Shown here: piece by piece, positions 39,283-52,758 of the stretch
Layout: every line of letters starts with the position of its first letter
Numbering within the stretch: position 1 is the stretch's first letter
Origin: Chiloscyllium plagiosum
Lineage: Eukaryota
DNA: 64,000 nt
Reading direction: 5' to 3'
Assembly: GCF_004010195.1 (NCBI RefSeq)
Contig: NC_057718.1
Location: 47,305,535 to 47,369,534, forward strand
Position numbers and translations under genes: made by a program
Notes under the pieces: generated by a model
Databases searched by the model: none
Seen by the model: only the letters and a program-made list of their open reading frames with translations
Told to the model about the DNA's origin: nothing

Positions 39283-42200
39283 GGAGATCCAAGATGCTGG
39301 CAATCTGAGCTGTATGCTGTGTTGGGCTCTGTGCCATAATCCAGGCAAGGTGGACCAGTACTACCCCACTCGCTAACCACCCCTTTTAGAAAAATCAATA
39401 ATATAGAGTTGATGAACATCTATAGTTGCTAAAACTGTGATTTGACAGCTCTTAGGTCAGGATGAAGGCACATAAAGGAAAAGGGACGAAAGGAGTACAG
39501 CTGACAGGGCATTCCCTTACTGTGTCGGAGGTGCACTCAGCCATTGCGGCCCTTTTGGATTTCATGGGGCAGCAACATTTGCTAAACTCTGAGAAAAGGT
39601 TGAGGCAGTGCTAGAGCCAATATCCGCCATGCGAAGAAGCATGAGCAAGAGATCCACACACTGGACCGATGAGTGGAAGCAGTCAAGCAGAGGACCACAG
39701 CATTGGAGTCTGCAGAGGAGGACTTCGGAGGATGAATCCAAATGCTGTAAGACCAGGATTGGGTCCTCCAAGATCAAGTGGACGACCTGGAAAATAAAAG
39801 TAGAAGGAAAAACTTACGGCTTGTGGGTCTCCCGGAGCGGGAGGAAGGTGAGGACCTCTTTGGAGTCCTGGAAAAGTTGCTTCCAAAGTTCCTGGGGCTT
39901 GAGTTGGAGTTGGGCCTGGTGAGTGTAGAGTGGGCGCACCGGATCGCAATGCGCAGGTCTGGGCCTGCCTGGTCCTAGTGCGACTCCAGCACTGTAAAGA
40001 AAACAGTTAATGACTGAGACAGCAAGAATACTGGGAAGAGATCCGCAGGCTTTAATATACAAAGGCTCAAGAATAATGTTCTTTCAAGACTTCTCTGGAG
40101 CATAATTAAGAAGAGAAAGGCATTCGATGAAGTCAAGAGAAGATTAAGGGATCTGAACATGCAATATTCCTTGAGGTACCCAGTGGTGCTGCATTTCGCT
40201 TACGGAGGGACAATCTAGAATTTCAATTCGGCAGAAAAGGCAAAGGACTTTGTGAACTCTTTGTAATAAAGAACTCAGGTCAGGGGGGTGAAGGGGAAAG
40301 GGGCACTGTTACGGAAAATGGTACAGTTTTTGTTTACTTTTTCTGTCCTTTTTTTAATCTCTCCCTTTTTTGTGATTATTGGTTTTATAGATTCTGTACT
40401 GCCTTGGTGTTCTATGGTTGGCTATTATCTGAGTTTTATTTGCTGTCCTTTTCTGGATTGGGGGTGGCTATATCTGTGGTTAAGATGTATGGAGAAGAGG
40501 TGTGGAGGGGTGAGGGTGGGCGTCCATTGTTAACTCTCAGGAATGTAAATAACATGTTCTCTTTATCTGTTCATTGCCTGGGACTAGGGCGCAGCCTCAG
40601 CTGGAAGGAGCCAGGGTGGTTGCAAGGTTTGGGATCGTTGTCCCCGATGGGCAAGGGGGGAGATCTCTAGTGAATTTGGGGCTATTTGGGTGTTTGTTTA
40701 AGTTAAATGTAATGATTAGTTTTTTAGTTGTAGTAGTTTTTGTAGGAAGAGTTTTTTAGACTTTATAGAGTTAATGTTTTTTTTTCACTTGCTACACCTC
40801 AGATAATCTTCCTCCTCTTGGGAAATCACGGGTTGCCCTAGATGACCATAGCTAGTGATCTGTTTAGATGGTGCACATGGAATGCAAAAGGGGGCCATTC
40901 CCCATTAAAAGAAAGAAGGTGCTGTCAAGCCTTAGGAAGGAAAGGGCTGACATCACTCTGCTGCAGGAGATGCATTTAACTGATAAGGAACATCTGAAAA
41001 TTATGATAGGGTATTCTTCTCCTCCTTTAGCTCTAAGAATAGAGGGCTATACTGGTAAGAAGGAACCTCCCGTTCCAAGCAACTGAGCAAATTAAGGATG
41101 AACATGGACTGTTCATCATTCTTAAAGCTCTAATACACGGCGAAGAGTATGGCATCTTGAATGTTTATTTCCCCACCAACAGCCCGCCCCCCCCACCCCA
41201 CCCGGGCACACCCTCTTAAATTTCTAATTGATGCAGTTGCTAAATTAATATATCTTGGGGTACACCATACGATCATAGGAGGGGATTTTAACCGCCTAAT
41301 GGATCCCGGGGTAGACAGGATGCCAAGGGGCCCAGCAGGTATGCCCTCGCAAAGTAGACGGTAGGTGGACTTGTGTGAGGAGTTGGGATTGATGGATGTG
41401 TGGAGGTGTTTCCACCCTAATGGAAGAAATTTTACTTTCTATCCCAACCCACACAAGTGCCACATGTGAATTGACATGTTCCTTATGCTGTCAGTTTGTT
41501 TGGACAGAACATTGACTTACAAAATTGAGAATATAACTATCTCAGAGCATGTGCCAGTGTATTTAGATGTTAAAATCAAGGGTGATGGAATAGATGCATG
41601 GACACATTCCTGTTAAAGGATAGCAAATTTGTTAAGTACGTTACAAGAGAGTTCAGGGCCTTCTGGGATATCAATTCCAGTACAGTCAATAATCCGGCAA
41701 TACTTTGGGAGGCCACTAAGGCAGTTTTACGAGGCCTGATCATTTTGTATTCAACGACTAGAAGGACGCAGAGGGAGAAGCAGCCACGTATGCTGGAGAC
41801 CCGGCTGAGGAAGCCTTCATTGGTCAAGCTGCAGCGGGTCACGGCTCTCCGGGCTACTCTTGACTCAGTACACCCACAGACAGCAAAAAAAGAGGTCTCC
41901 TTTGCTAAACAAAGATTGTTTGCTTGAATTTGGAGATAAGCCAGGTAGATATGTGGCATATCTGGCTAGAAAGAAAAATGCTTCGTAATCCATTATGTCT
42001 GTTAGAGAGAAAGCTGGCACAGTTACCCATGAGTTGAAGAAGATCAATGTTAGATTTAGGGGATACTTCGCAGATTTATACCAGTCGGAGGGTGGCGAAG
42101 ACGGTGCAGTGAGAATGCAGTCCTTTTTTGAGAACCTGGACCTCTCCAGTATAAACGCGGAACAGGCCTCCCTGTTAAATGCGCCCAAGAGATACAAAAC

Positions 42201-45076
42201 GTAGGAAGCAATAAAACATCTCCAAGGTGGCAAAGCACCGGGACCAGATGGATTCCGAGTGAGTTTTATAAGGAATTCATAAATGTGTTGGTGGAGCCAC
42301 TTTTGGGAATGTATAGCTATTCATATACACAGGATTGTCTTCCGCCCGCTCTTAGGGAGGCTAATATCTCTCTCATTTTAAAAAAGGGGAAAGACCCCAA
42401 AGAATGTGCTTCATACAGACCAATTTCATTGTTCACTGCGGAGTTCAAAATTCTGTCAAAGGTGCTGGCCCTGAAGTTGGGTAAGGTATTGCCAATATTA
42501 TACAAGATCAGACACGTTTTATCAAGGGTCGTGGCTCCTCTAACAATATCAGGAGAATACCGAACATAGTTCAGGTATGCCAGCAAAGATTGATCGTGGG
42601 TCTGGTGGTCTCCCCAGACGTGGTAAAAGGGTTTGACCAGATAGAATGGCGGCACCTGTTTGGGGTCCGAGAGCGCTTTGCTCTGGGGGCAGCCTTTGTT
42701 AGGTAGTTGGGTTGTTGTATAATGATCCTAATTAGGCAGTCATCACAAACGGTGCTAAGTTGGATAACTTTGGTATTGAGAGAGATAGTTGACAGGGATG
42801 TCCTCTTTCACCGCTGTTATTTACCTTGGCAATTGAGCCATTAGCCAAGGTTATCAGGAGGGATCCTGAAATAGTGGCACCAAGAGTGGTAATGGGGGAG
42901 CATAAGATCACTCTATATGCTGACAATGTCCTTTTGTTCTTGGTCAATCCGGAGAAATCCGTACCCCGACTGATACGAAAAATTAATGTATTTGGCAGTT
43001 TTTTTGGGATACAGGATCAACTTCACAAAATCGGAAGCCATTCTGGTGGGGTGATTAATGGAGTTGCCCTGATCTGAAGGATGGAATGCAGTTCTTGTTT
43101 AGATGGTCATCAAAAGGTTTTTTTTATATTTGGGAATTTTTATTACCGCTGCCTTCCACCAGCTGTGTAAAGCTAACTATGTACAATTACTGGACTGAAT
43201 AAAACAGGATTTGCAGCGGTGAGAGGGATTACCGTTCTCATGTTTAGGCCAAATAGCCCTGATTAAGATGAATGTTCTTCCTCGTCTGTTGTACCTCATG
43301 AGAATGTTCCCATTGTTGCTTCCCAAACGAGTGTTACAGAGGCTCCATGGTTGACTAGGGTCCTTTATTTGGTGTTGTAGATGGCCTCTAATTAAAATGA
43401 TTAAATTGCAGCTCCCCCAGGGTGACGGGGTGGTGGTGGGAGGGGGGGGGGGGGGTACCTTCTGGGCTTGAAGAGATATTAAATAAGCGCCCTGTTAGCA
43501 AATGTGGGTGATTGGGTACGGGGGGGATTCGGAATCGATTTGGCTTGACGTTGAAATCTCGCAGTTGAAATTTCCCCTAGTTAATCTATTATTCATGGAT
43601 ATGGTGAAATCTGTGACCGAGCAGTGTAAGAGCCTAATCATTTTAAATACAGCGAAAGCCTGGAGGGTAATGAGGCAAAATGAGGACAATTGGCTTAAGG
43701 CATCACCATTTACCCCGTGGGTGGGAGCCCCAGATTTAAACCTAGGGCAACGGACTCCGGCTTTAAGATATGGGAGAATAAGGGAATCTCTTTTTTGGAA
43801 GATTTATTCGAGGGGGAGGTGTTGATGTTGTTTAGTCAACTAAGTCAGAAATATGGATTGTCTAATAGGGATCTTTTCTGGTACTTTCAGATAAGGGATT
43901 ATATACAGAGGAAGGCTACACTCCTGACTCAGCCTTACAAGTCAGACGTGGAGAAAAGAGTACTCTTTCAGTTAGTACTTTGTACAAATTACCGAAAGGA
44001 TATGCCTTAGGAAATGTGGAGAGACTCTGTAGGACTTGGAATCGGGAACTAGGAGTGGATATTTCATTGGAACAATGCGAAGATATATGGGAAAATGTAA
44101 TGAAAATCTCAATATTTGGCTAATGGCTAATGGCTTTGAAATTGAAGATTACAACAGGGCTTATATGGCACCAGAGAGGCTGGCTAAGTTCAAGAAAGGA
44201 GCGTCTCCAGGGTGTCCCAAATGTAAACTTAGTATAGGCATTCTTCCACACTGCTACTGGTCATGTTGCAAGATCCGGAGATACTGGAGGGCCATAGTAA
44301 GGGAGCTGAAGGAAATCCTGGGAATTGAAGTCAAAGTCGACCTGGTATTTCTTCTTCTGGGGTTACCAAATTTACCCTCCCTGAGGGAACATGGGAAGAG
44401 ACTGTGTAACATTCTTACGCACTGTGCGAGGAAGAACATTTTAATGAATTGTACATTGGAAGAACCCCCAGGTCTTATGTGGGCGGCACGGTGGCACAGT
44501 GGTTAGCACTGCTGCCTCACAGCGCCTGTGTAACATTCTTACGCACTGTGCGAGGAAGAACATTTTAATGAATTGTACATTGGAAGAACCCCCAGGTCTT
44601 ATGGGTGGTGCATCTCCCCCAAGACTACCTTACAAATATGATGGACCACAAAACGGAGCAGTTTTATAAGACGTGGCAGCCCTTTCTAAATTATGTAGAA
44701 GCAGACTTATCGGCAATATTAACCAGGGCCATGGGAGTCGGATTAGGTGGCCCTGGGAGGGGAAAGCTGGGAAAATACGGGTACAATGACTGGTGCTCCC
44801 AGAGATGGGAGCTTCAGTGGAGGTGCAGTGAGTGAAATAGAATAAAGTTATATGATGCAATTTAGTTTAATTTGAATTCAACTTAATTTAACTTTTATTT
44901 AATTTGATTATAGTTTAGTTTAAGTAGATATGTTTGTTCTGGTAGAATAGTAGGTAGTTTATTATTAATAGTGTTGTGATATGACAATGTTGTACTACCT
45001 CTATCTTTTTTTATATATATTGTTGCTTTTGTAAAAGATTTCAAATAACTTTTAATAAAAATATTGATTAAAAAAA
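39283..45076 (+). mobile_element. Near full-length degenerate L1-clade LINE (ORF1 + APE-RT-Zn ORF2, many stops and frameshifts)
   Basis: ORF1 DDLENKSRRKNLRLVGLPEREEG. APE motifs TWN...KRKKVLSSLRKERADITLLQE.HL and IIGGDFN. RT motifs GPDGF, SYRPISL, QGCPLSPLLF, LYADNVLLF. C-terminal CPKC...HCYWSC. AATAAA at 45054-45059 and an A-tail to 45076. The 5' boundary is approximate. Confidence 0.93.
44402..44603 (+). repeat. Exact 78-bp direct repeat (44402-44479, 44526-44603) flanking a 47-bp HE1 SINE head
   Basis: ctgtgtaacattc...ccaggtcttatg occurs twice. The middle is tgggcggcacggtggcacagtggttagcactgctgcctcacagcgcc. Confidence 0.95.
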
Positions 45077-45850
45077 TCATCTTGCCTTCATCATTTGCTG
45101 TCATACAAAAGGAACTTGCACCATTTTTAAGCAACATAGATTTATAGCACCACCTAGTGAATATATTTTCTCGTTTCCTCAGAGCCATCTAATTATTTTA
45201 TTGTGATTAAATCCCTCTGTTTGTTTCGTTTTTATTCTGTATGAGCAAGCCAGCAATTGATGACAGGTAATGTGCGTGGAACCAATAGTTCCTAGAGTTG
45301 CTAGGTAGCAAGTTAAAATCAACGAGGTAAAAACAATGACTGCAGATGCTGGAAACCAGATTCTGGATCAGTGGTGCTGGAAGAGCACAGCAATTCAGGC
45401 AGCTTTCGAAAAGCTTCGAAATCGACATTTCGGGTAAAAGCCCTTCAATCTGCCCAGTGGGAGGGGCGGAGCTTATTGTCAGATTTTAGAAGGATCACTC
45501 AGGACAGTTTGGGGGTCACTGAGGAGGAATTTAAAGGTTAAAGAGTGAGGCAAGGACAAAGGCAGACATGGGTGGGATATAGACTCTGTGCTATGAATGC
45601 TGCGGTTAGCTGTAATTCTGGGAAGGTGACTGAACTGCCCAGACCAGTGAAGAATCAAGAGAAGCTCACTTGCTCTCTTGTGAGAAGACAGGAAAAAGTT
45701 CTGCAAATTAGTAGGTAACTAAATGTTAAGAGTCCGAATTCAGAAAGATTTGGAGAGTTGAGGAAGTAGGAACATTTCTAGGTCTGCAGACTGAGTTAAA
45801 AATCACACAACACAAAGTTAGAATCCAACAGATTTATTGGAAGGAGAAAG

Positions 45851-47771
45851 TCAGGACTGCAGATGCTGGAGATCAGAGTCAACAGTGTGGTGCTGGAAAA
45901 GCACAGCAGGCCAGGCAGCATCCAAGGAGCAGGAGAATCGACGTTTCGGGCAAGAGCCCTTCATCGGGAATGAGTCTTGTGAACCAAACGGGTGGAGAGA
46001 TAAATAGGAGGGGTGTAGGACTGGGGAGAAGGTAGCTGAGAGTGCATTAGGTAGATGGTGATGGGGTAATGGTGATAGGTCGGAGGGGAGGGTGGGAAGG
46101 AAGATGGACAGGTCATGAGGGCGGTGCCGAGTTGGAAGGTTGGAACAGGGATAAGGTGGGGGGAGGGGAAACTGGTGAAATCCACATTGATGCCGTGTAG
46201 TTGAAGAGTCCCAAGGCAGAAGATGAGGCGTTCTTCCTCCAGGCGCCAGGTGGTGAGGGTGTGACGATGGAGGAGGTCCAGTATCTGCATGTCCTTGGCA
46301 GAGTTGGAGGGGGAGTTGAAGTGTTTGGCCACGGGATGGTGGAGTTGGTTGATGTAAGTGCCCCGGAGATGTTCTCTGAAGCACTGTGCAGGTAGGTATC
46401 CGGTCTCCACAATGTAGAGGAGACCACATCAGGAGTAATGGATACAGTAAATGACACGGGTGGAAGTGCAGGTAAAACTGATGGATGTGGAAGGCTCCTT
46501 TGGGGAGGATGGATTGGAAGGTGAGGACCAGGATGGTTCTGTCTTTGTTGCAGTTGGACAGGTTGGGTTTGAGAGCTGAGGGGCAGGAAGTGAATGAGAT
46601 ACACTGGAGGGCATCATTGACCACGTGGATGGGGAAATTGCAGTCTTTGAAGAAGACCTATCCCCTCGGTCCAGGAACTCGCCCACATATGTTCAGGATA
46701 CCACCCATAACCTACACCTCCTCCAAGAGTTTTGTTTCCCTGGTCCCAAATGCCTCATCTTCATGATGGACATCCAGTCCCTATACACCTCTATCTGCCA
46801 TGACAAAGATCTTCAAGCCCTCTGTTTCTTCCTCTCCCGGCATGACCAACTGTACCCTTCCACTTCCATCCCACCAACCTCTGTACAAATTGTATCATCC
46901 TCCACCAGTTCAGCTACCTCCAAATGGACCTCACCACCAGATATATTTCCCTCCCCACCCCCTCTACTTTTCGTAAAGACCATTCCCTCCCCGACTCACT
47001 GGTCAGGCCCACATTCCCCCCCACCACCAACCCACCGTCCCCTCTCCCGGCACCTTACCCTGCCACTGCAGGATTTGCAAAACCCATGCCAACACCTCCA
47101 TCCAAGCCCCCAAAGAAGCCTTCCACATCCATTAAAGTTTTACCTGCATTTCCACACATGTCACTTACTGTATCCGTTGCTCCCAATGCGGTTTCCTCTA
47201 CACTGGGGAGACAGGATGCCTACTTGCAGAGTGCTTCAGAGAACATCTCCGGGACACCTGCACCAACCAACCCCACTGCCCTGTGGCCAAACACTTCAAT
47301 TCCCCCTCCCACTCCGTCAATGACATGCAGATCCTGGGCTTCCTCCTTCGCAACACCATCACCACCTGATGCCTGGAGGAAGAACGCCTCATCTGCCATC
47401 TTGGTACCCTCTAACCACACAGCATCAATGTGAACTTCTCTACTTTTCTCATTTCCCCTCTCCCCACTTCATGCCTGTTCCAACTTTCCAATTCGGCATC
47501 GTTCTCATAACCTGCCCTAGCTGTCCATCTTCCTTCCCATCTATCCGCTTCACCCTGCTCTCCGACCTAGCACCTTTAGCCCCCACTTCCATCTATCAAT
47601 CCACTCTCAGCTACCTTCCCCCCAGCCCCAGCCCCAGCCCCATCCATTTATCTCTCTACCTCCTTGGCTCACAAGCTTCATTCCTGATGAAGAGGCCTTG
47701 CCTGAAAAATCGATTTTCCTGCTCCTCCAATGCTGCCTGACCTGCTGTGCTTTTCCAGCACCACACTCTCG
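45851..47771. mobile_element. Inverted pair of Neptune-type Penelope-like segments (minus about 45851-46625; plus about 46660-47771)
   Basis: Both arms encode ...FREHLR...PVAKHFNSP...LEEERLI. The plus arm also has the RT motifs PTYVQDTT and MDIQSLYTSI. Terminal repeats point outward and carry decayed hammerhead motifs (45935-45970 with CCGATGA; about 47681-47715). Confidence 0.85.
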
Positions 47772-49529
47772 AGGTTTATTTGGAAGTACAGGTACTAATT
47801 TTTGGAGTTCTGCTCCTTCATCAGGTAGCTCCGAAAACTAATGCATTCAAATAAACCTATTGGACTATAACCTGGTGTTGTGTGCTTATTAACTTTGTCT
47901 ATCCCTCCACAACATAGATCTGTAGAAGCAGTGCAGGCTCAGAAGAAACCCAAGAACAGTTATGTTTCAGTGAAGCTAAGCAATTAAGGGTGTGGAAACT
48001 CAGAAACAGTGCTTCCTAATACAATTGAACTTGACAGGGTTGGAGTGGGGGATCCTGGGATAGTTGTAATTACTGGGATTCTATGTTATCTGAGGAGCAG
48101 AATAGTTGAACAAACACTAAAAGCCCAGGCCTGGCTCAATGATGCCAGCTATTGGTGAACAACAGGACTTCTGCTTGTGACTGAGTACTGGAATTCAGTT
48201 TCAGCAGTCCAGGGAAACATAGATCCATAGAAAAGAGGGTAATCAACCAGAATGGGAACAGTCATTCAGGTAGTCCATGATGGAGAGGTTCTTTAGAGGG
48301 AGTTTCAAGGCCAGATCAGCAAGAGCAAATAATTGTATCGCTTGAGAAGTTTAAAAAGATTTGATGACACATTCATCATTAAAGTCTGGGATTAGCTGTT
48401 GAAATATCCTTGGGATCTGTCCTGTTTATATTTGTTATTTAATGTGTAATTCAATCACCACCTTTTACCCATATTTCCCAACAATAATTCTGCAAGTTAA
48501 CATATACAATGTACTTGTATTGTGGATTGTATTACTGCTCTAATATCCTATAGTAGAGTTTATTGTTGTTTGATCAAAATTATGGAATCTTAGTAAGTTC
48601 CCCATTTTCACAATAAAAATTAGCATCCCCTAGCCAGATTGTAACATTAAAGCTGGTCATCTGGTCTGACTATTCTGTTTACTAAAGATTGAGAATGTGG
48701 GCTTTTTCAATAACTACATCACAATCTGTAGATAAATCTACTTGAGGAATAGGGGAAACAACATTCATCTGGACTATTAAATAGAAAAGAAAGACTGTTA
48801 CATATAAGGTACATTTTTTCTTCAAGTAATTTTCTTTTATCAGTAATATGAATTTGACAAATGTTAAAATACTTTGTGAATTTCACAATCTGATGCACAA
48901 TACATACTAATCCTAAAATGGTATGCTTTCAACTTTGTATAAAAAGGTTTTAATATCTTTTTCAACATTTACGTATAACAATTCAAATTGATGGGCAAAT
49001 GTATTTCATTATCACACAATCTTGCTTACTGGAGTGATAGGTCAAAATGGATAATTTCAGCTCATCTGAAATAATTACTAGTTTGAGAAATTTTAAAACA
49101 TGAGTCTACCAGTTGTAAAAAGTTAAAAGATCAAAAAAAAGCTGTGCGAGTCCACAATATTGCAAAAATGACTGAGTAACAAGTTTGAAATGTCCATTGT
49201 ACCTAGAAAGAAAACATGTTGAGTGAGAGGCAACGTCTATGGGGAGGATAAGGGGAACCTTTGCCTATAAATATAGGCATACAGCAGGTAGTATAGCTCG
49301 TTTACATGGTCTCAAGGGCACCCAATATTGGTGCACCTATCTCATTATACAAAAACTGTTATATAACCATGGGCATTACAACTTGACTGCTTGCCTGTTT
49401 GGAGGGACAAACAGAAAATTTTCTGATAGTTTAAAAATGGCTGGGTGAGCTTCAGGAGCAAGATTCCCCAATACTTTGGTTGCAGCACTGGACCTCTTGC
49501 TGAGGAAGTTGCCAGGAAGAACCAGACTT

Positions 49530-49869
49530 ATTAGAATCCCTACTGTGTGGAAACAAGCCCTTTGGCCCAACAAGTCCACACCAACCCTCCAAAGAGTAAC
49601 CACCCAGGCCCATTCCCCTACATTTACCCCTGACTAATGCACCTAAACCTACACATCCCTGAACGCTATGGGCAATTTAGCAAGGCCAATTTACCTAATC
49701 CACACATCTTTGGATTGTGGGAGGAAACCGGAGCGCCAGAGGAAATCCACACAGACACTGGCAGAAAGTGCAAACTGTACACATACACACAGTCACCCAA
49801 GACTGGAATCGAACCCGGGTCCCTAGCGCTGTGAGGCCGCAGTACTGACTACTGAGCCACTGTGCTACC
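49530..49869 (-). mobile_element. HE1-type V-SINE
   Basis: Full reverse-complement copy from tagaatccctactgtgtggaaac to actgagccactgtgctaccc. Confidence 0.88.
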
Positions 49870-50879
49870 CTTACTATTGCTTGCTAAGTCGCTGCATTTT
49901 GCCACCAGGGTAAAACAAGTCAAGATTACATTCATTCTGAATGGAAGCCCAGCAGCCTAACACCTCCCAAGCTGTAGCTACTAGGGTTCTATGTCACATG
50001 AATAGTAGAATAGTTAAACAAATACACAAGACAGGCCATAGGAGTTTTGAACAAAGATGACCTTAGCATGTCTTCAATATTATTGGTTCTCCAATGAATT
50101 ATGTTAACTTTTTTTACTTAATTGGTATTGGTCATAGTATCCTAATCTATGCAATGGTAGGACTTCTGATTTTGGACTGTACATGGAATTCAGATGGCAC
50201 ATGTAAGGAGTGTAGGAATTTGAATGGTGAGATTGTGTTGTGGGATTCAACCTGCTCTGCTTCTTCCTACCCATGTGACAGCTACCACCTGCAGCATGTC
50301 TAGTGCTGCCATGGTTTACAACATGGACCCATTCAGTACCTATGGCTGGCAGCAGTCATTAGCTAAGTGTTGAAGAACATCTCTTGTTGCAGAGTAACTG
50401 ACTAGAGTACAGGACTGATGCAAGATGAAGGCATCATAATTGTTGCCAGGAAACCAGGCACAGAGCTGCATTATCTGCTGCTGTTTGCAGTTGCACGATT
50501 CCCTGAACATTGAAATACTGGTATTAACTCCTGTTCATGTAGTTGCCAGCCTCCATTTGTGGAACACCTACACATACTTGAAGAAAGCTTGTGTGTGTGC
50601 AAAACCTGCTGCTCTCGTATGCTGTTTCACTTCACCCGTAGGGAATGAGGTGTCGTTCCCCCGGTTGGAGTCAGTCTCATGCAGTGGTAGTGAGATAACT
50701 GGGAGATGTCACTGATCTCCCCTGTTTCAGTCTGAAAAGAACTGTGGTGCACTAGCTCAGGGCTAATGCCATTTTGTTAGCCACAAGAGGTGTACTCCAG
50801 CTCTGGTTAGGGTTTTCAGCCCCAACAAGTAACACAATTCAGTTACAGGCTCCTGGGCAATGTACACTACACTTCACAC

Positions 50880-51620
50880 TGTTCATTGGAGTTTAGAGGA
50901 CTGTGAGTTGAATTTATTGAAACATATAAAGATATGGATGGGACTTGATAGAGTGAGTACCAGGAGAACATTTCCTCTTCTACAGAAGACCAGAACTAGA
51001 GTACAGTTTCAGAATAAGAAGTTTCTTTAAAAGTGGAGATAAGGAGAACTTTTTTCCTCTCAAAGGGTTGGATTGAATTAGAATTAGAATTCCTACAGTG
51101 TGGAAACAGGCCCTTCAGCCCAACATGTCCACACTGACCTTCCGAAGAGTAACCCGCCCAGACCCATTCCCCTACATTTACTCCTGAGTCATGCATCCAA
51201 CCTATTAATCTCTGAACACTATGCACAATTTCCCATTGCCAATTCATCTATCCTGGACATTTTTGGATTGTGGGAGGAAACCAGAGCACCTGGAGGAAAC
51301 CCACACAGACACGGGGAGAATGTGCAAACTCCACACAGACAGTTGCCTGAGATTGGAATCAAACCCAGATCCCTGGAGGTGTGGGGCAGCAGTGTTAACT
51401 ACTGAGCCACCGTACTGCCATTCTTCCTCCAGAAAGCAGTGGAACATAGAATTTAAAGCAATGTTAGATGGACTTTGGTAAACAAGGGAATCAAGGTTTA
51501 TGGGAATGCGGATAGGAAAATAGAACTGAGATCATAGCGTGATCAGTCATGATCCTCGTGAATGGCAATGCAGGCTCAAAGAGCCAACTGGCCTAATCCG
51601 GCTTGCATTCCTATGTTCTG
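50880..51620 (+). mobile_element. Old CR1 3' fragment interrupted by an HE1 SINE (about 51075-51419, minus)
   Basis: ttcattggagtttagagg...attgaaacatataaagat CR1 motif resumes after the SINE (ccagaaagcagtgga...gatcagtcatgatc). Confidence 0.75.
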
Positions 51621-51963
51621 AAGAACTAACTCCATTCATCTACCCCAATGAGATATACTTGGTAGGATTTGCAGTATGCTTCTGAAAAATATACAGGAGC
51701 CTATGGCCCACCTTCCCATTGCCAGGAAAAAGAAAGAATTGAATATGGAATGACTAAAGTGAGAGTTTGACCCAAACGTCTGAAGGTACCAACTTTACAT
51801 AGTTTGACAGAGGACCTAGTAGAGTTATGAGAGATTATCAATAGACAACCTTGTAGTTCAAAAGTGAGTATGTAATCATAATTACGATTAAACTTGCACA
51901 ATATAACTGAAATCAAGAAATCACAGCTATAAAATTGACCAAACTAAATGTTATGACAATACT

Positions 51964-51969
51964 TTTATT
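51964..51969 (-). terminator. Probable ATF3 polyadenylation signal AATAAA (3' UTR about 600 nt)
   Basis: Plus-strand tttatt about 590 nt downstream of the stop codon, followed on the minus strand by U/GU-rich sequence. The UTR contains AUUUA pentamers and U-rich tracts. Confidence 0.6.
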
Positions 51970-52560
51970 ACTAAATGTATCAAATGCACACTTCAACTAT
52001 CACAGTGTAGAAAAAAGTTAGAGCACTCCAATAAAATCTCGAGTACTTGAACATACATGCTTAGATTTTGGGGTAACTTTGCTTAACTTCTGAAACTCAT
52101 GTAACACACTTGCAATAACATCCTAGACAACTGGCATAAATGCTGCAGAGCTGACTAAAAGCTTCCAAGGTGTAAGTGTGTCACACTGTCCCAAAGTAAC
52201 TATACCATAAACACGACTGGCATGCTGGTACATCAACAGGTCATCAAGAGCAATTAAAGACAATAAAAGGCACGACGCCTGCGTCAATAATAAAAAAATC
52301 ATTGTGTGCAGCCCAATGTCAAGGCAGAGAGTAAGTATGTGTTTTCTCCTGTTTGCATGCGATTTTAATGCAGCACTTTTCCAGGTTCAACAGTTAATGG
52401 TGAAACAAAAGATATCCATTATGCTGAAAGTGCAAACTCTTCTGACTAATGAACAGTCTTTCCCTAGCAAGTTAGTAACGTACTAACGTGGAGCTACTTC
52501 TGTTCTTGGCGCCTCCAAGGAGACGGACTGTGTGGATCCATGATTCACTTCCTTTATGAC

Positions 52561-52758
52561 CTAATTCTGTAGTGTTCCTTCTTTGATCTGTTGAATGAAA
52601 AGATTTTTCTCATCCTCTGGAGTCCTCCCATTCTGTGCCCGGACTATACACGTAGGCCTGTGCAGGTTCAGCATGTATATCAGCTGTTGTTTCTCATTTT
52701 TTAATTCTTCTATTTGTGCTTTTAATTCTGCATTCAGAGATTCCAGTTTTTCTGACTC
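52561..52758 (-). CDS. ATF3: ATF3 last coding exon (65 codons + TAG; leucine zipper and C-terminus)
   Basis: Acceptor gccccctag|, reading ESEKLESLNAELKAQIEELKNEKQQLIYMLNLHRPTCIVRAQNGRTPEDEKNLFIQQIKEGTLQN*, nearly identical to the mammalian ATF3 C-terminus. Total protein 77+36+65=178 aa. Confidence 0.97.
   Translation of the reverse strand, partial: ESEKLESLNAELKAQIEELKNEKQQLIYMLNLHRPTCIVRAQNGRTPEDEKNLFIQQIKEGTLQN

Noticed and set aside
43421..43456. G-run with G-quadruplex potential
   Set aside because: Homopolymer expansion inside a dead L1 ORF2, with no evidence of function.
1..51900. BATF3 or other neighbour-gene exons expected downstream of ATF3 by mammalian synteny
   Set aside because: I found no bZIP-like or other host coding exon by eye. 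Small exons, or sequence in the gap, could have been missed.
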